Positions 50,340 to 63,205 of a DNA stretch of 64,000 bases are shown in pieces. A program made the position numbers and the translations under genes. The notes below the pieces were generated by a model. That model did not search any database and was not told where the DNA came from. It saw only the letters and a program-made list of their open reading frames with translations. How positions within the stretch are numbered: the stretch's first letter is position 1; each line of letters opens with the position of its first letter. Location of the stretch: positions 970,995 through 1,034,994 of the forward strand of contig MU058645.1 of NCBI GenBank assembly GCA_013265495.1. Reading direction: 5' to 3'. This stretch comes from Vicugna vicugna. Taxonomy: Eukaryota.

Positions 50340-50722
50340 GCAGAACCCAGCTGTCCTGCTCCAGCATAGACAAGACTGTGCCCCGTCCTCCTCCTTTTAG
50401 CCTCACAGTACGATTGCCCCCCTGCCCATGCCTTGAATGTAGATGTGGCCATGTGACTTGCTTTGGCCAAGAGGTGAAAGGAGGTCATATGTGGTTAAGA
50501 GCCAATGAGTGATTCCCTTTGTTCTTTTCCCTCTGCCGTTATGAATAATGGAAAGATGTGTCAAGATGGAAACTCCATTACCCTGGGTCCTTGAGGGCTC
50601 ATGAGTGAGCCCTGTGCTCAGTGTGGCTAGGTGTGTAAGGGAAAATAAAGCTTTATTGTGTTTTGTCACTGACATTTTCGGACTGCTTGTTACTATAGGA
50701 AAACCCAGCCTGACCTGAAGGA
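50340..50722 (+). mobile_element. MLT1 (I/J-like) LTR
   Basis: 'gtggccatgtgacttgctttggccaa...aataaagctttattgtgttttgtcactga...cttgttacta...acccagcctga'. Confidence 0.8.
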
Positions 50723-50729
50723 TTCAATA

Positions 50730-51161
50730 TTTTTTAAAAAAATTTTATTGAGGTATAGTTGATGTACAATGTTATATAAGTTACAGGTATACAACATAGT
50801 GATTCACAATTTTTAAAGGTTATATTCCATTTATAGTCATTATAAACATTGGCTAAATTCCCTGTGTTGTACTGTGCATCCTTGTTGCTCATCTATTTCA
50901 TACACAGTAGTTTGCCCCTCCTAATCCCCGATCCCTGTCTTAGCACCTCTCCCCTCTCCCACCGGTTTGTCGTCTGTATCTGTGACTCTGTTTCTTTTTT
51001 GTTACATTCACTAATTTGTTTTATGTTTTAGATTCTAAATATAAGTGGTACTATTCAGTTTTTGTCTTTCTCTGACTTATTTCACTTAGCATAAAACCCT
51101 CCATTTCCTTCTATATTGTCACAAATGTCAAAATGTCATTCATTTTATGGCTGAATAGTAA

Positions 51162-51198
<37 letters not shown>

Positions 51199-53860
51199 AC
51201 AAACACATATATACCACATCTTTATCCATTCACCAGTTGATGAGTAAACACTTGGGTTGCCTCCACACCTTGGCAACTGTAAATAATGCTGCTGTGAACA
51301 TTGGCGTGCATGTATCTTTTTAANNNNNNNNNNNNNNNNNNNNNNNNNNNNNNNNNNNNNNNNNNNNNNNNNNNNNNNNNNNNNNNNNNNNNNNNNNNNN
51401 NNNNNNNNNNNNNNNNNNNNNNNNNNNNNNNNNNNNNNNNNNNNNNNNNNNNNNNNNNNNNNNNNNNNNNNNNNNNNNNNNNNNNNNNNNNNNNNNATTT
51501 GTAGTCTTTTTGATGATAGCCATTATAATAGGTGTGAGGTAGCAACTCGTTGTGATTTTAATTTTTCATTTCTCTAATTAATGATGTTGAGCATCTTTTC
51601 ATATTCCTGTTGGGTATCTATATCTCTGCTTTGGAAAAATTTCTATTCAGGTCTGCTGCTTATTTTTTAGTTGGATTGCTTGGGGGGGTTTTGGTGTTGA
51701 GTTTTATGAGCTGATTATACATATATAGATATTAATCCCCTATCAACTGTGTCATTCGCAAATATTTCCTCCCATTCAGTAGGCTGTCTATTTGTTTTGT
51801 CAATGGTTTCCCTTGTGGACAAAAGCTTTTAAGTTTAATTAGGTCCCATTTGTTTATTTTTCCTTTCTTTTGCTTTAGGAGACAGATCCAAAAGAAAATA
51901 TTGCTATGATTTATATCAAAGAGTATTCTGCCTATGTTTTCCTCTAGGAGTTTTATGGTTTCCAGTTTTACACTTAAGTCTTTAATCCATTTTGAATTTA
52001 TTTTTGTATATGGTGTTACAGAATGTTCTAAATTCATTTTTTTACATGTAGCTGTCTCGTTTTCCCAGCACCACTTACTGAAGAGACTGTCTTTTCGCTA
52101 TTGTGTATTTTTGCTTCCTTTGTCGTAGATTATTGACCATAAGTTCGTGGGTTTATCTCTGGGCTCTCCATTCTGTTCCACTGATCCACGTATCTGGTTT
52201 TGTGCCAATACCATGCTGTTTTGATTACTATAGCTCTGTAGTATAGTCTGAAGTCTGGGAGGGCTATGCCTCCATCTTTGTTCTTTTTTCTCAGGATTGC
52301 TTTAGCAATTCTGAGTCTTTTGTGGTTCCATACAAATTTTAGGATTACTTGTTCTACTTCTGTGGAAAACACCCTTGGTATTTTGACAGAGATTGCATTG
52401 AATCTGTAGATTGCCTTGGGTAGTGTGGTCATTTTAACAATATTAATTCTTCTGATTCATGAACATGATGTATCTTTCCATCTGTTTGTGTCATCTTCAG
52501 CGTCTTTCATCAGTGCCTTATAATTTTCCAAGTACAGGTCTTTTACCTCCTTTGGAAGAATTAGTCCTAGATATTTTATTCTTTTTGATGCAAGTGTAAA
52601 TGGAATAATTTCCTTAATTTCTATTTCTGATATTTTGTTGTTAGCATATAGAAATGCAACAGATTTCTGTATATGAATTTTGTGTCTTGCAACTTCACAG
52701 AATCCATTGAGTTCTAGTAGTTCTTTGGTGACATCTTTAGAATTTTCTGTGAATAGTATCATGTCATCTGCATGACAGTTTTACTTCTTTACCAATTTGG
52801 ATTCCTTTTCTTTTTCTTGTCTGATGGTTGTGGCTAGGGCTTCAATATTATGTTGAAAAGGGGGGTGAGAGTGGGCATCCTTGTCTTGTTCCTGAGCTTA
52901 GAGGAATTGCTTTTCAGCTTTTCACCTCTACATGTGATGTTAGCTGTGGGCTTGTCATATACGGCCTTTGTTGTGTTGAAGTATGTTTCCTCTGTGCCCA
53001 CTTACTGGAGAGATTTTACCTTAAATGGATGTTGAATTTTTGTCAGAAGCTTTTCCTGCATCTATTAAGATGGTCATACGGTCTTTTTTCTTCAATTTGT
53101 GAATATGTTGTATCACATTGATTGATTCTCAGATATGGAAAAATTCTTGCCTCCCTGAGATAAATCCCACGTGATCATGGTATATGATCCTTTTGATATA
53201 TTGTTGGATTCAGTTTGCTAATACTTTGTTAAGGATTGTTGCATCTATGTTCATCAGTGATAGTGGCCTGTAATTTTCTTTTTTTGTGACATTTTTGTCT
53301 AGTTTTGTTATCTGGGTGATACTGGCCTGGTAGAATGAGTTCAGAAGCATTCCTTCTTCTGCAATTTTTTGGAATAGTTTGAGAAGGATAGGTGTTAAGT
53401 CTTCTCTAAATGTTTAGTAGAATTCACTTTTGAAGCCATCTGTTCCTGGACTTTTGAGGTTGTTTTTTTTTTTAATTACTGACACAGTATTATTACTGGT
53501 AATTAATCTGATCACATTTTCTATTTCTTCCTTGTTCAGAGCTGGGAGATTGTACATTTCTATTTATTTGCCCATTTCNNNNNNNNNNNNNNNNNNNNNN
53601 NNNNNNNNNNNNNNNNNNNNNNNNNNNNNNNNNNNNNNNNNNNNNNNNNNNNNNNNNNNNNNNNNNNNNNNNNNNNNNNNNNNNNNNNNNNNNNNNNNNN
53701 NNNNNNNNNACTTGATGTGTCTGGCTAAGGCTTATCAGTTTTGTTTATCTCTTCAAAGAGCAGCTCTTAGCTTCATTGATCTTTTATTTTTTTTAATCTC
53801 TATTTCATTTATTTCTGCTCTGGTCTTTATTATTCTGCTCTACCTTATTCTTAACACATA
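50730..53860 (-). mobile_element. ~3.1 kb 5'-truncated L1 with frameshifted ORF2 (end of RT domain and downstream region); N gaps 51324-51496 and 53579-53709
   Basis: ORFs 52457-52762 (..QKSVAFLYANN..), 52130-52432 ([11 protein letters not shown]...KTAWYWHK) and 51732-52037 ([14 protein letters not shown]) are classic L1 ORF2p motifs in separate frames. Confidence 0.95.
51164..51195. repeat. (TG)16 microsatellite inside L1
   Basis: Perfect TG run. Confidence 0.95.
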
Positions 53861-53899
53861 CTTTCAAGTTTGCCTCTTACTTACGTAAGTGTGTTAGAC

Positions 53900-54700
53900 A
53901 TAGAGGTGTTACGGTCCGCGTCTGGTACATCTCATACCTCAAGTCTTTGTCACCGTATTTCTCTGTATCTATATGTGTATTTATATCCTCACACACATAT
54001 ATGAGTTTTCACTCATGGTAACTTATTTCCTTCTTTGTTTGCTTATTCACTTATTTTTCTTGGAATTGTATTTGTGGAGTAGTCTGAGACCTGGAATGAA
54101 GGAAGATTTTTCCAGAAAAGACTTAACACTAGTTTCTAGAAGGTTTGAACTAAATCTTTGGTTTGAGACGGTTTTCAGTCCATCAAGGAGGCTTGAATTC
54201 AGGCTGCAAATTGGTGTGAAGGCATCTTGTGGTTAATATCAGAGACAGCCTGCTTTCCTCTTCCTCAGACAGGGACACTCAAAGCTGCAGGTGGACACTC
54301 CTCCTCATGGTCCTTGTATGTCTGTGTAGGCAAGTCCCTTCTCATCTACGTTTGTTTTAAGGAGTCCCAGCCCTATGGGGTGGGGTCCCCTGTTGGACTC
54401 CCTACCTTGGGCAGGCCTCAAGTCTTGCATTTTTGCACTTTGTGCCTCACAATAATAAAATTGAGAGTCAGGTTTCCTGGCTTAGTAAATATCCCCTTAG
54501 CAAGAGCTGGTCTCCATGCTCTGGATGCTTCTCCAGGTTCATGCCATTGTCTAAATTTTGACCAGAGGACTCCTGTCTCTTGCTATTTTGTGGATTTAAA
54601 AGTTTTTGATAATATAATTTATATATATTTTTTTGCTATGTTCAGCTTATATTTGAATACCAAGTCTGCCATGTTTTTAGACACAAAAATCTCTCAGTTT
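53900..54700 (-). mobile_element. Ancient L1M fragment, possibly the continuation of 48.4-50.3 kb
   Basis: T-rich degenerate sequence flanking the younger L1; weak similarity. Confidence 0.4.
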
Positions 54701-54719
54701 AGAACAGTCATTCACTGAT

Positions 54720-56050
54720 TATCTTTTAAGTGTTAGAACCTATTCTAGGTGCTGAGATACCAGATGAATGCCGCAGGTTCCTATTTCAAGGTCATCATGA
54801 TGCAGTGATAGAGTGAGTAGAATGAGGAGAACTACAGACGTCTCCAGAGTGCTTTATGGGAGCCTTCAGATACTCGGAAGGGGCAACTAACCCATTTGGC
54901 AGTTGGGAGAAGACTTTCTGACTTAAATGCTGAAAAACAAGGATCAGTTAGCCAGCAAAAGGAGGAAATGAATAACGGTATTCAGAGGAAACGGCAAGTG
55001 GCATACTCAAAGCTTGGAGGCTAAAAAGAATGTCTGTTTGAGTAACAAGCATTCAAACAGGACTAGCATCCAGAGCCTGGGGGCGGGGAGCGATGACAAG
55101 GGGGAGGTGAGCAGGATGGGCATTAGAGTGTGGCCAGGATTCTTGAGAAAGACGATCAGCTGTGTGCTTGGTTGCCTTGAATCCCTCCAGGAGCACATTT
55201 TAGGAACAGCAATAGGTATGGTTTGTCTCACTAGATGGCTTGTTTTCCAGAGGGAGGCAGGCCTGCCGAGGTGACTTGGAGAAGACTGTATTACAAAAGT
55301 GGGTATTTTGAGGAAGGCGTTCTGGATTCTGGTGACTGGAGAGCCTAGAATAGAGAGGAGGGCATAGAGTGGGAATAAAGGGGATGAAAGCAGCTGCTAA
55401 AGGGATATGAATTTGGTGTGAAAGAAATAAAATACTCAAAGGCAATATCTGGAGAAATCACTGCTTTGACTATAACATAACTTCAGTAACAATAACTTGT
55501 CCACAGAGCTAAATTGCAGTTGGCGTGTCAGCGGCTTGCATAAAGGAGGAAAATACAAAACAGAATTTTTCTGGGTTCTAGACTACAAAAAAAAAATGAG
55601 GGGTGGGAGTGGGAAAGTCCAGGCACGTGCATTCTCTCATTCAGAAGAGCTTCTGAGCCGTGCGGAGGATTAGCTGGAGACAGAAAGTCAGAGCAGAGGG
55701 GCGGCCCAAGGGCGGCTGCCGCCGTGTTCCAGCACGACGTCGTTCTAGGCACGACGTCAACTTGGCAGCCGTGCGTGGACCGGCAGGCGGAGAGTGAACC
55801 CGGCAGGGCGGACGCCAGAAGCAGGAGGTCGTGGGGGAAAGGAGTCAAGGCTGACATTTAGGTTCATGGGCAACAAATGGATGGTGAGAGAGAAGTATCT
55901 GAAAGGGAGATAGACGATGCGTTCCATGTTGGATTTGTTGTGTCTCAGGCATGCTTTTCTGTAGCTTTGAGGGTACCTCCATCATAAGGGGGGAAATTTG
56001 ATTCTAAATAGTGGGCAAGAACTTCAGTTGGAAATAGCCTTTGGTGAAAT
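54720..56050 (-). mobile_element. L2 fragments
   Basis: 'cctattctaggtgctgagatacc', 'gaaggcgttctggattctgg' and 'aagaacttcagttggaaatagcctttggtgaaatgcct'. Confidence 0.55.
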
Positions 56051-56739
56051 GCCTTGTGACTGTGAACACAGTGACCGCATTTAAGTTCATGCCCACTGAG
56101 CTCATTCGTTTCTGTCCCAGAAGTTCCTTACGTGACCAGATGGAGGGAGCTGTCACCTAACATGAGGTCCTTTTAAATCCACATGTTCATCCAAATGAAA
56201 CATCCCTCAGATTCTGAGTGAAAACTGACGTTCCCAGCAGGATTTTATGACTGATCTTCTGTATTTTTTCCCAGCTTTATTCCCAACTCAACTTCACTAT
56301 TCCAGTCAGTTGACTTATGGCATCAAAAAACAGAGTTTCCAACCTCAAAAATCCATTCCTTTGAACAATTTCTGCTGTGGCTCCGCCTTTGTACAAGCCT
56401 GTCTCCTCAGGACCACAACTAAGCACCCGTCCTGACTTTCTTTTGGAGTCTGGAGCCTAGAAGGCTGCTGCAATGCCAGTTATGAAGGTCGTGCTTTCTG
56501 ACAAGCATTCGAACCTGCTCCAAGGGAGAAGAAAAATCCTGGCGTGTGCTTAACTGTGGACGTATGTTGGCCAAAACCCCAGAATCTGAGAGTTCACAAG
56601 TTAAAAAAAAAAAAAGAACCCTGACACTGGCAATATTACCTCCTTCTTTCCCTCCCGCTTTCCTCCAGCTGCCCAGGTCGGAGGATGCTCTGACAGTGCT
56701 CGTGGTCACTCCTCACCAGCTTCTCCTCTGACCGCCCGA

Positions 56740-56830
56740 GGGGCGCAGTCTCCATCCTAGTCTCCCGGCCCGCCCGCCCCGCCCCACCCCCTACTTCCGG
56801 CGCGGGCTTCCGCTCTCGGAGTTCTCTAAG
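56740..56830. promoter_or_regulatory. Compact promoter-like element: stacked GC boxes plus an ETS site
   Basis: cccgcccgccccgccccaccccc (56769-56791) directly followed by ACTTCCGG (56793-56800). Confidence 0.55.
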
Positions 56831-57074
56831 AGAAGGTCTATGCAACGTTCCAGGGAGTATTTGAGTCCTGACTGTATCCTCGATCGCATTTGCAGAGGGG
56901 CCAGGTTCCTTGCAAAGCAAAGCTGTCCTCACAAGGGCAACCTCAGAGCCCAGGCTGTGCAGGATCCCGCCCTGTGAACCAAGCTGCCTGTGCTTTCAGC
57001 GACCACAGCTGGCTTCTGACGTCTGCATCCTGGCCTGGTCCCTGGGGAAAGAGTGAAACAAAATTTGGACTACA

Positions 57075-57240
57075 GTAAGCATGTCAGGTACAGGCCCCAG
57101 GCAACGTGCTAAGAAGCTCACAGTAATTCGCTCATTTAATCCTGTTAAGAGCCCTCTGAGGTAGACACTGTTCCCCCATCTTACAGATGAGAAAGCTGAG
57201 GTTTGCAGTTCAAGTGAGCTGTCCAAAATCACCAGAAGCA
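57075..57240 (-). mobile_element. MIR
   Basis: 'ctcatttaatcct...ccccatcttacagatgagaaagctgagg...aagtgagctgtccaaaatcac'. Confidence 0.85.
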
Positions 57241-59499
57241 GAAATTGTCCATAAACTCAGATAACCTATGTTATGCTGCTAAATGGATATATTTCAGTGT
57301 GAGGAAAGATGTTTATATTCAAAAAGGAAAGAAAACCTTAAAGGTGTAGGTTTCTCATTGGAATTTTTGAATAATTGACAAGCGCTTTCTAATTCTTTCC
57401 CCCCCCAAATCTTAAGTAACTGTGAGCTTAACTGTTAGATGGGAGAATGGGCTGCTAACAGCCACCAAAGAAAACCCTGTTTCTTCCTCTGCCTGGGCTG
57501 TGGTTAATATTACATGACTGTGACTGTGCACAAAATTGGGTAGGACCGGGGTGACACCTCAGGTCTGCAAGGCAGAGTTTTTCAAGGTCTGTTCCCAGGT
57601 GCCCTTGGGGCAGGTCTCTGACACACAGTGTTGGCCTTTATCATTGATGGCCAACTCGTATTTAACCTAAAGTTCCTTTAGAGCAATAATTACAAGAGCA
57701 ATGAATGCCTCATTCTTTGAAAGTTGGGGGTGAGGCAGGGAAGTCACCTTCCTGCTAATATTTGAGAAAATACAAATTGCTGAAAGGCACATTACCGTCC
57801 ACGAGGGAAACCCCGACAGGAGAACTTGAACTGAGAACTCAAGATGGACTCAAGTGCTCCTGACCCCTTCCTCGGCACCGAGGAGAAGCTGGACGTCACA
57901 TGGAGAAATAGAGAGGTTTGCAAAGTATGTGACACGCCTCCCAAAAGGAAATAAAAGAACAAGCTCTTTTCAGAAACCCTGGTTCCTGCTGGGGGGTTTC
58001 CTGAGTGTGCCCGACGTACAGCCGGGCGGGCAGGACCGCCCAGCAGCCGCCAGCATCCTCAGTGCCCGTGTTGCCCGCGCCTCACGCGGACTGGGCGCTC
58101 TGGCCCACGCTGTGTGCTTCGGGATTACTGAAAAGTGGCCACGGGTCATTTCAGTTCTCTGAATCCTAACCTAAGTCTGTGCTTTGCAAGGATTTAACAA
58201 TCCAGTCAAGATGAACTGATTTCTTTTGTTAAAACAATTGCAGATCTCCCCAGAGAAGCCCAAGCACTCACATGTTAAGGCAAAGTGGTCAGACATGCAT
58301 TTAGTGAGTACATTTTTGGATTCTGTGTTGTTTGAAATATTGGCAGTAGGTGATTTTTAAAATTTTGTTAGAGAATGAGGCATTTGAACTCACTAGTAAT
58401 TATTGCTATAAATGGTTTTTAGGTTAAATAAATGGGGTTTTGTAGAATAGGGCTCAATTTAGATTTGTGGTAGTATTTTAATTGTAGATATCTCAGTTCT
58501 GCTTAAAAGGTCAGCTCTACTGTTTGGGGAAACTCACATCAGACAAGAGAGCCTCGCGAGTCCACAGGCCCCTCCCGCTGACCGCTTTCTGGTGAAGCGT
58601 GAGTCCGAATGTCTCTTCAAGAGAGAAAGTGCCCCAGGCTATGGGACACTTACTACAGCTAAGAGCCACCCTGCTGGTCACCAGGCCCGGTCATATGATG
58701 CCCAGACAGCAAAATTCTGTGGGAAAAGAGTCAAGTCATGCTAACTTCAAGGAAACTGAAATCCCACAAAATTAAATGGTGAATCTGCATCAGGTCACTC
58801 GGGGGTAAAAAAAGAGGAAAAAAAAAACTTAGCTGATTCAGAATCATTGACACCAAGTGGCAGTCTTCAAGGAACAATTCACATCTCCTCAGAAGGATAT
58901 TCGTAGTAGTTCGGGACCAGAGGATTAGTTGATCCAAATAGCCCTCTGAGCTCCTGATACTGTGAACATTAGCATTGCAGGTCAAGGTGAGAATACAGCT
59001 AGTTTTCATTCCACTCAGAATTTTCTAAGTCTTTCGTCGACATGGGTGAAGTAACTTCCCAAAGGTCAAATCTTGGTAAAATGTTCTGCTCTGGCTCAGA
59101 AGTGGGAGACCAGTGGTTTAGGAAGAGAACTGACAGACGGGATTCCAGGAAGAGCAAAAATCGTGTCTTGTAGCTAATAGCTCATGTTTTGGTAGGAAAA
59201 ATAAACAGAGGGTACCAATTCTTGGTGCTAGATAGTCAAGATAAGTTTCAGATAGTAGAACACGGCACGTGCCACTTTCTAAATAGGAGACAGAAGGTAA
59301 GTTAACCACCCTGGTTTTCGAATTGTTATATTTAATTTTGAACTTCTGTCATCTTGGCATGGGCCCGCACACCTGGTGTCACACTGGTACTTTCCACAAG
59401 GTGACAGGTTCTGCTTTGCCCTGTTCCCCACCCCTGGTTTAAAGGGAATAGATTTTAAATGCATCCAAAATATTATCCCCTCAGCTGGTAACTCCTGAA

Positions 59500-60650
59500 C
59501 CGGTGCCTGTGGTTGCTCGGTTGCTCCCGGTCACCTGTTCCGTTATTTTCTAAACGTAGCACAGCTGGGGAGCCAGCCTGACCCCCATGCCGTCCCGCCT
59601 CCTGCTCCTGAACCGGCGTCTCTGCGGAGAGGAGCGGGGCTCAGGTGCGGGCTGGGCCGTGAAACGACGGGCGGGATGTTGCCGGTCGGTGGCGGGGTGG
59701 TTCGGAGGAAGCTTACGGTCGGGGGCTCTGGCATAAGCAAGAGGTAGGAATGAGGCGAGAGACGCTACGTCAGTAGTTCGGACAGGAGGGGACGGGAGTT
59801 CTCATCAACGAGACCAGCGTCCGGACCGAGTCCCGAGCGCGGGGCGCGGAGGAGCGCCAGCCGCTCGGACCGCCGTCAGCGCGCCCCGCCTCCCGCCTCA
59901 GCTGCGCAGGTGGACGGGCGCTGCGCGGTCGGTCAGTGGATGCCCGGAGGACGCGCGTTCGGGCAGCCAGGCCTCTCTGCTCTCTCACATCTGTTTTCAG
60001 CAAGGGCGCCTGAAACGGCCCATAAGCCAGGCCGAAGTGCGGGGGCTTGGGCCCCGGACAGGTCCTCGGGCCGGCGCGGCCAGAGCCCCTGGGCGAGCCG
60101 TGCCTTTTCGCGTGGTCGCTGTGCTCGGAGAGCTGCCGCTCCCTCTTCTCAGCTCGCCGCGGGGTTTGAAACGGCGGACGCCTCCTGCCCGGTTCTGCCG
60201 CGCCGTGGGCCCAGGGGAACCGCCTCGGCGGACGGCTCTCGGGCAGCCGATCCCCGGCGGCGGGTCTGTAGGGGCGCAAACTTGCTTCTGCTTCCGAGGG
60301 GCCTCTTGTTCTCATTCCTTCTATTGATGATGCTCGTAAGCCGATGCTAGGCCACCTCGCAGATCCGGGAACGTGGATGAACTGCTTTCTGCGTCCTGCC
60401 TCCCCCTCGGTAACCGGAGTCCACGCTGAGAGTGACCGTCCGAGACAGTCCTGAGAACTGAACTCTGCGCGAGGAGCGCGGTCCAAGGTCTGAGGGGGGA
60501 AGGGCCGGGCCGGGCCGGCCGCAGCCGCACGCGGGCGGGGGCGCATGTTGGAGCCTGGGGGCTGCACGCCCCCTCCCCGGCCCGGGGCCCTCCCTGCAGC
60601 TCCGGCCGGCCCACTGGTTTCCGCACCGGCTTCAGGGCAGGAGCCTGTCA
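59500..60650. promoter_or_regulatory. Large CpG island, probable bidirectional promoter of an unidentified gene
   Basis: ~1.1 kb of very high CpG density; CRE-like TACGTCA at ~59766; GTAAGC donors on the minus strand (59716) and the plus strand (60336). Confidence 0.8.
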
Positions 60651-61844
60651 CCTGAACTGACAGTTCTCTGGGGTGGCCGTGGACACAGGGCATATGGTGG
60701 GATTTATTCCCTCCCAAATATTTACTGAGCACTTAGGTTCCAATCAGAATGAAATGCAAAGAGATAAGGAACTGAAAGAAAAACCTCCTCGGGGTTCCTG
60801 TCTTTAAGACCATGCGAGATCTATTTTCACTCACATCTGAGGCTGCTTTCACAGAACACAGCTAGCAAAAGGGCTGACAGTCTTAAGAAAGGCTAATCTT
60901 ACTCTGAAAGTATATAGACTAGTGAGATGAAATGCCAGGCTGCCATTGTGAGATAAAATTCCTCTCCTCAGACCAAGACCATAGGAGAAGGATTAAAGGA
61001 GAGCTGTTTAATTTCAGTGCAATTATGAATGTAACCCACGGGAGTAAGAGGGAGTTCTGAGATTGGTGACAGAGTTAGTGGTACCAGAGCCCCTAGCATC
61101 CTGCCCCGGTAAGGCTGCGTCCCCTTCGAGCTTGGCTTTGAATCCAAAGGAGACCCCTGGTTCCCTGGGACGTGGAGGACCAGGACCCGAGGTGCTGGGC
61201 CTGGGCCTAAGAAATGCTTTTCCCAGCAAGGAGCCAGAGACGGGTGAGGACAAATGAATTACTTTCCTTAAGACTGAACAGCCGAAGTGAAATGGCTTTT
61301 AAAGATACTTTTGTTGAATAATAATTCAATAAGACAGGCTTTTAGGAAGTGGGGTTACTTCAGATATGGATACACCAAGAAGCAAGACTTTCTGCTAAAG
61401 TTTAGGCATCTTTATCGTGGACATATGCTTTGTTCCCTTCTTCACAAGAGAGAATCATAAATTTACTAGATGTTCCGCGTAGAACTGGGGCTTGCAACGC
61501 TGCTGCTCTGTAGGCTGGACAATTAACATACTACTTTTATGTTATGTTAATGTGCCTTTCCCAGTCCTAGGCTGTGAGTTGTTTAAAGCAAGAACTGCTT
61601 CTTCATTTGTCTGAAGAGGACAGGCATGGTATTCAGGACAACCATCTTAGCCCATAAATGCTACTTGTGCGGATAAAACAGCTTAATCATTTGGGGACTT
61701 CTTTCACTTGTATTTAATTTTAGTCAATCAGCATGAATTCCAAATTGGATTTGTCTACTGAAATAATATAGCTGACCAGTTCAGTCTCGAAATTCCTATG
61801 TATGTATTTATCTGCCTCCTTAACCATCATCCTCCTATTAAAAT

Positions 61845-62600
61845 TCAGAATGTAAAATGATACAGCTACTTTGGAAGACAGTTTGGCCACTTATTACAAA
61901 ACTAAACATACCATACCATCCAGCAACTGTGCTCTTTGGTATTTACCCAAAGGAACTGAAAAATCGTCCCACAAAAACCTGCACAAGAATGTTGATAGCA
62001 GTTTTATTTGTAATTGCCAAAACATGGAAGCAACCAAGATATCCTTCAGTAACTTAATGAATACACTGTGGTACATTCAGACAATAGGATATTATTTAGG
62101 GCTAAAAAAAAGAAAGTGCTATCAAGTCATGAAAAGACCTGGAAGAAGTGAATGCAAAATACTAAGTGTAAGAAGCCAGTATGAAAAGGTTATTTACTGT
62201 CTGATTCCAACTATAAGATATTCTGGAAAAGGTAAAATTATGGAGACAGTAAAAAAAAAAAATCAGTTGTTGCCAGGGGTTGAGGGAGAGAGAGGTGGAA
62301 CACAGAGGACTTTTAAGGCAGTGAGAACACTCTGGAGGATACCTTAATGATATATACGTGTCATTCTACGTTTGTCCAAACTCACAGAACGTACAGTATC
62401 AAGAGTGAGTTGTAATATAATCCATGGCGTCGGGGGATTATGACGTATCAGTGTAACAAACGTACCCCCTGGTGTGCGACGCTGATGGAAGGGATGCTGT
62501 GCGTGTTGGGGGGCAGAGGGTGACGTGGGAAATGTCTGTATCGTCTCCTCAAGTTTACTGTGAACCTAAAACTGCTCTAAAAAGTCTATTAAAAACAAAA
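61845..62600 (+). mobile_element. L1MC-like 3' fragment
   Basis: 'aatgtaaaatgatacagctactttggaagacagtttgg...ggaagcaaccaagatatccttcagt...gtgaacctaaaactgctctaaaaa'. Confidence 0.9.
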
Positions 62601-63205
62601 ACATTTGCCAGAATCACCAGTGCTTTAAATTAATAGAATAAAATGACCTCTGTTTATTTGTGATGTTTTCTACGATGGAAGGAACCATGGAAAAATAACT
62701 ATGATCAAGCAGCCTCAGTAAAGATATTGATAGAACTCTGTAAACACACATAATCCAAATTAACTTGGTATATTCGAATGTAAATGTAGAGTTGAAATCT
62801 TTATTTGGAAATGAACATACAATTTTCATATTCCTTTTGATAGAGCACATAAACTCCTAAGGAACGGGTTATATATTTCTAATTTGCTTTGCAATAAACC
62901 GAGTTTTTAGACACTTGGATGCTTTTGACAAAATAAGTCCACAGGACCACTGTGGAAAGCACGCTTCTATGCTCTGAAGAACAGACAAGATAAATGCACA
63001 AAACACACGTTGTGCACGTATCTCTGTGGTTTTTAATTTGTGGCTTCACAACTATTTTAATAATTTCTTAAAGCTGCTTTGTTTGAGAAGTGTTACTTAA
63101 GGGTGGGAGAAAAGATTTGTAAATTTTGTTTCAAAAAGAGGCTGAAGATTACTTGTGCAGTGAAAGATGTGTTCAATTGAAATTTCCTCTTTGCTGTCTC
63201 CCCAG

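Noticed and set aside
60325-60429. Second C/D-box-like pattern (TTGATGA ... CTGA) in the CpG island
   Set aside because: The terminal pairing is weak, there is no similarity to U3/U8/U13 beyond the box, and it overlaps a splice-donor candidate.
59770-60732. 320-aa minus-strand ORF, the longest in the window
   Set aside because: It lies entirely in a CpG island, is Arg/Pro/Gly/Ala-rich with no recognisable domain, and is the expected result of stop-codon scarcity in GC-rich DNA.
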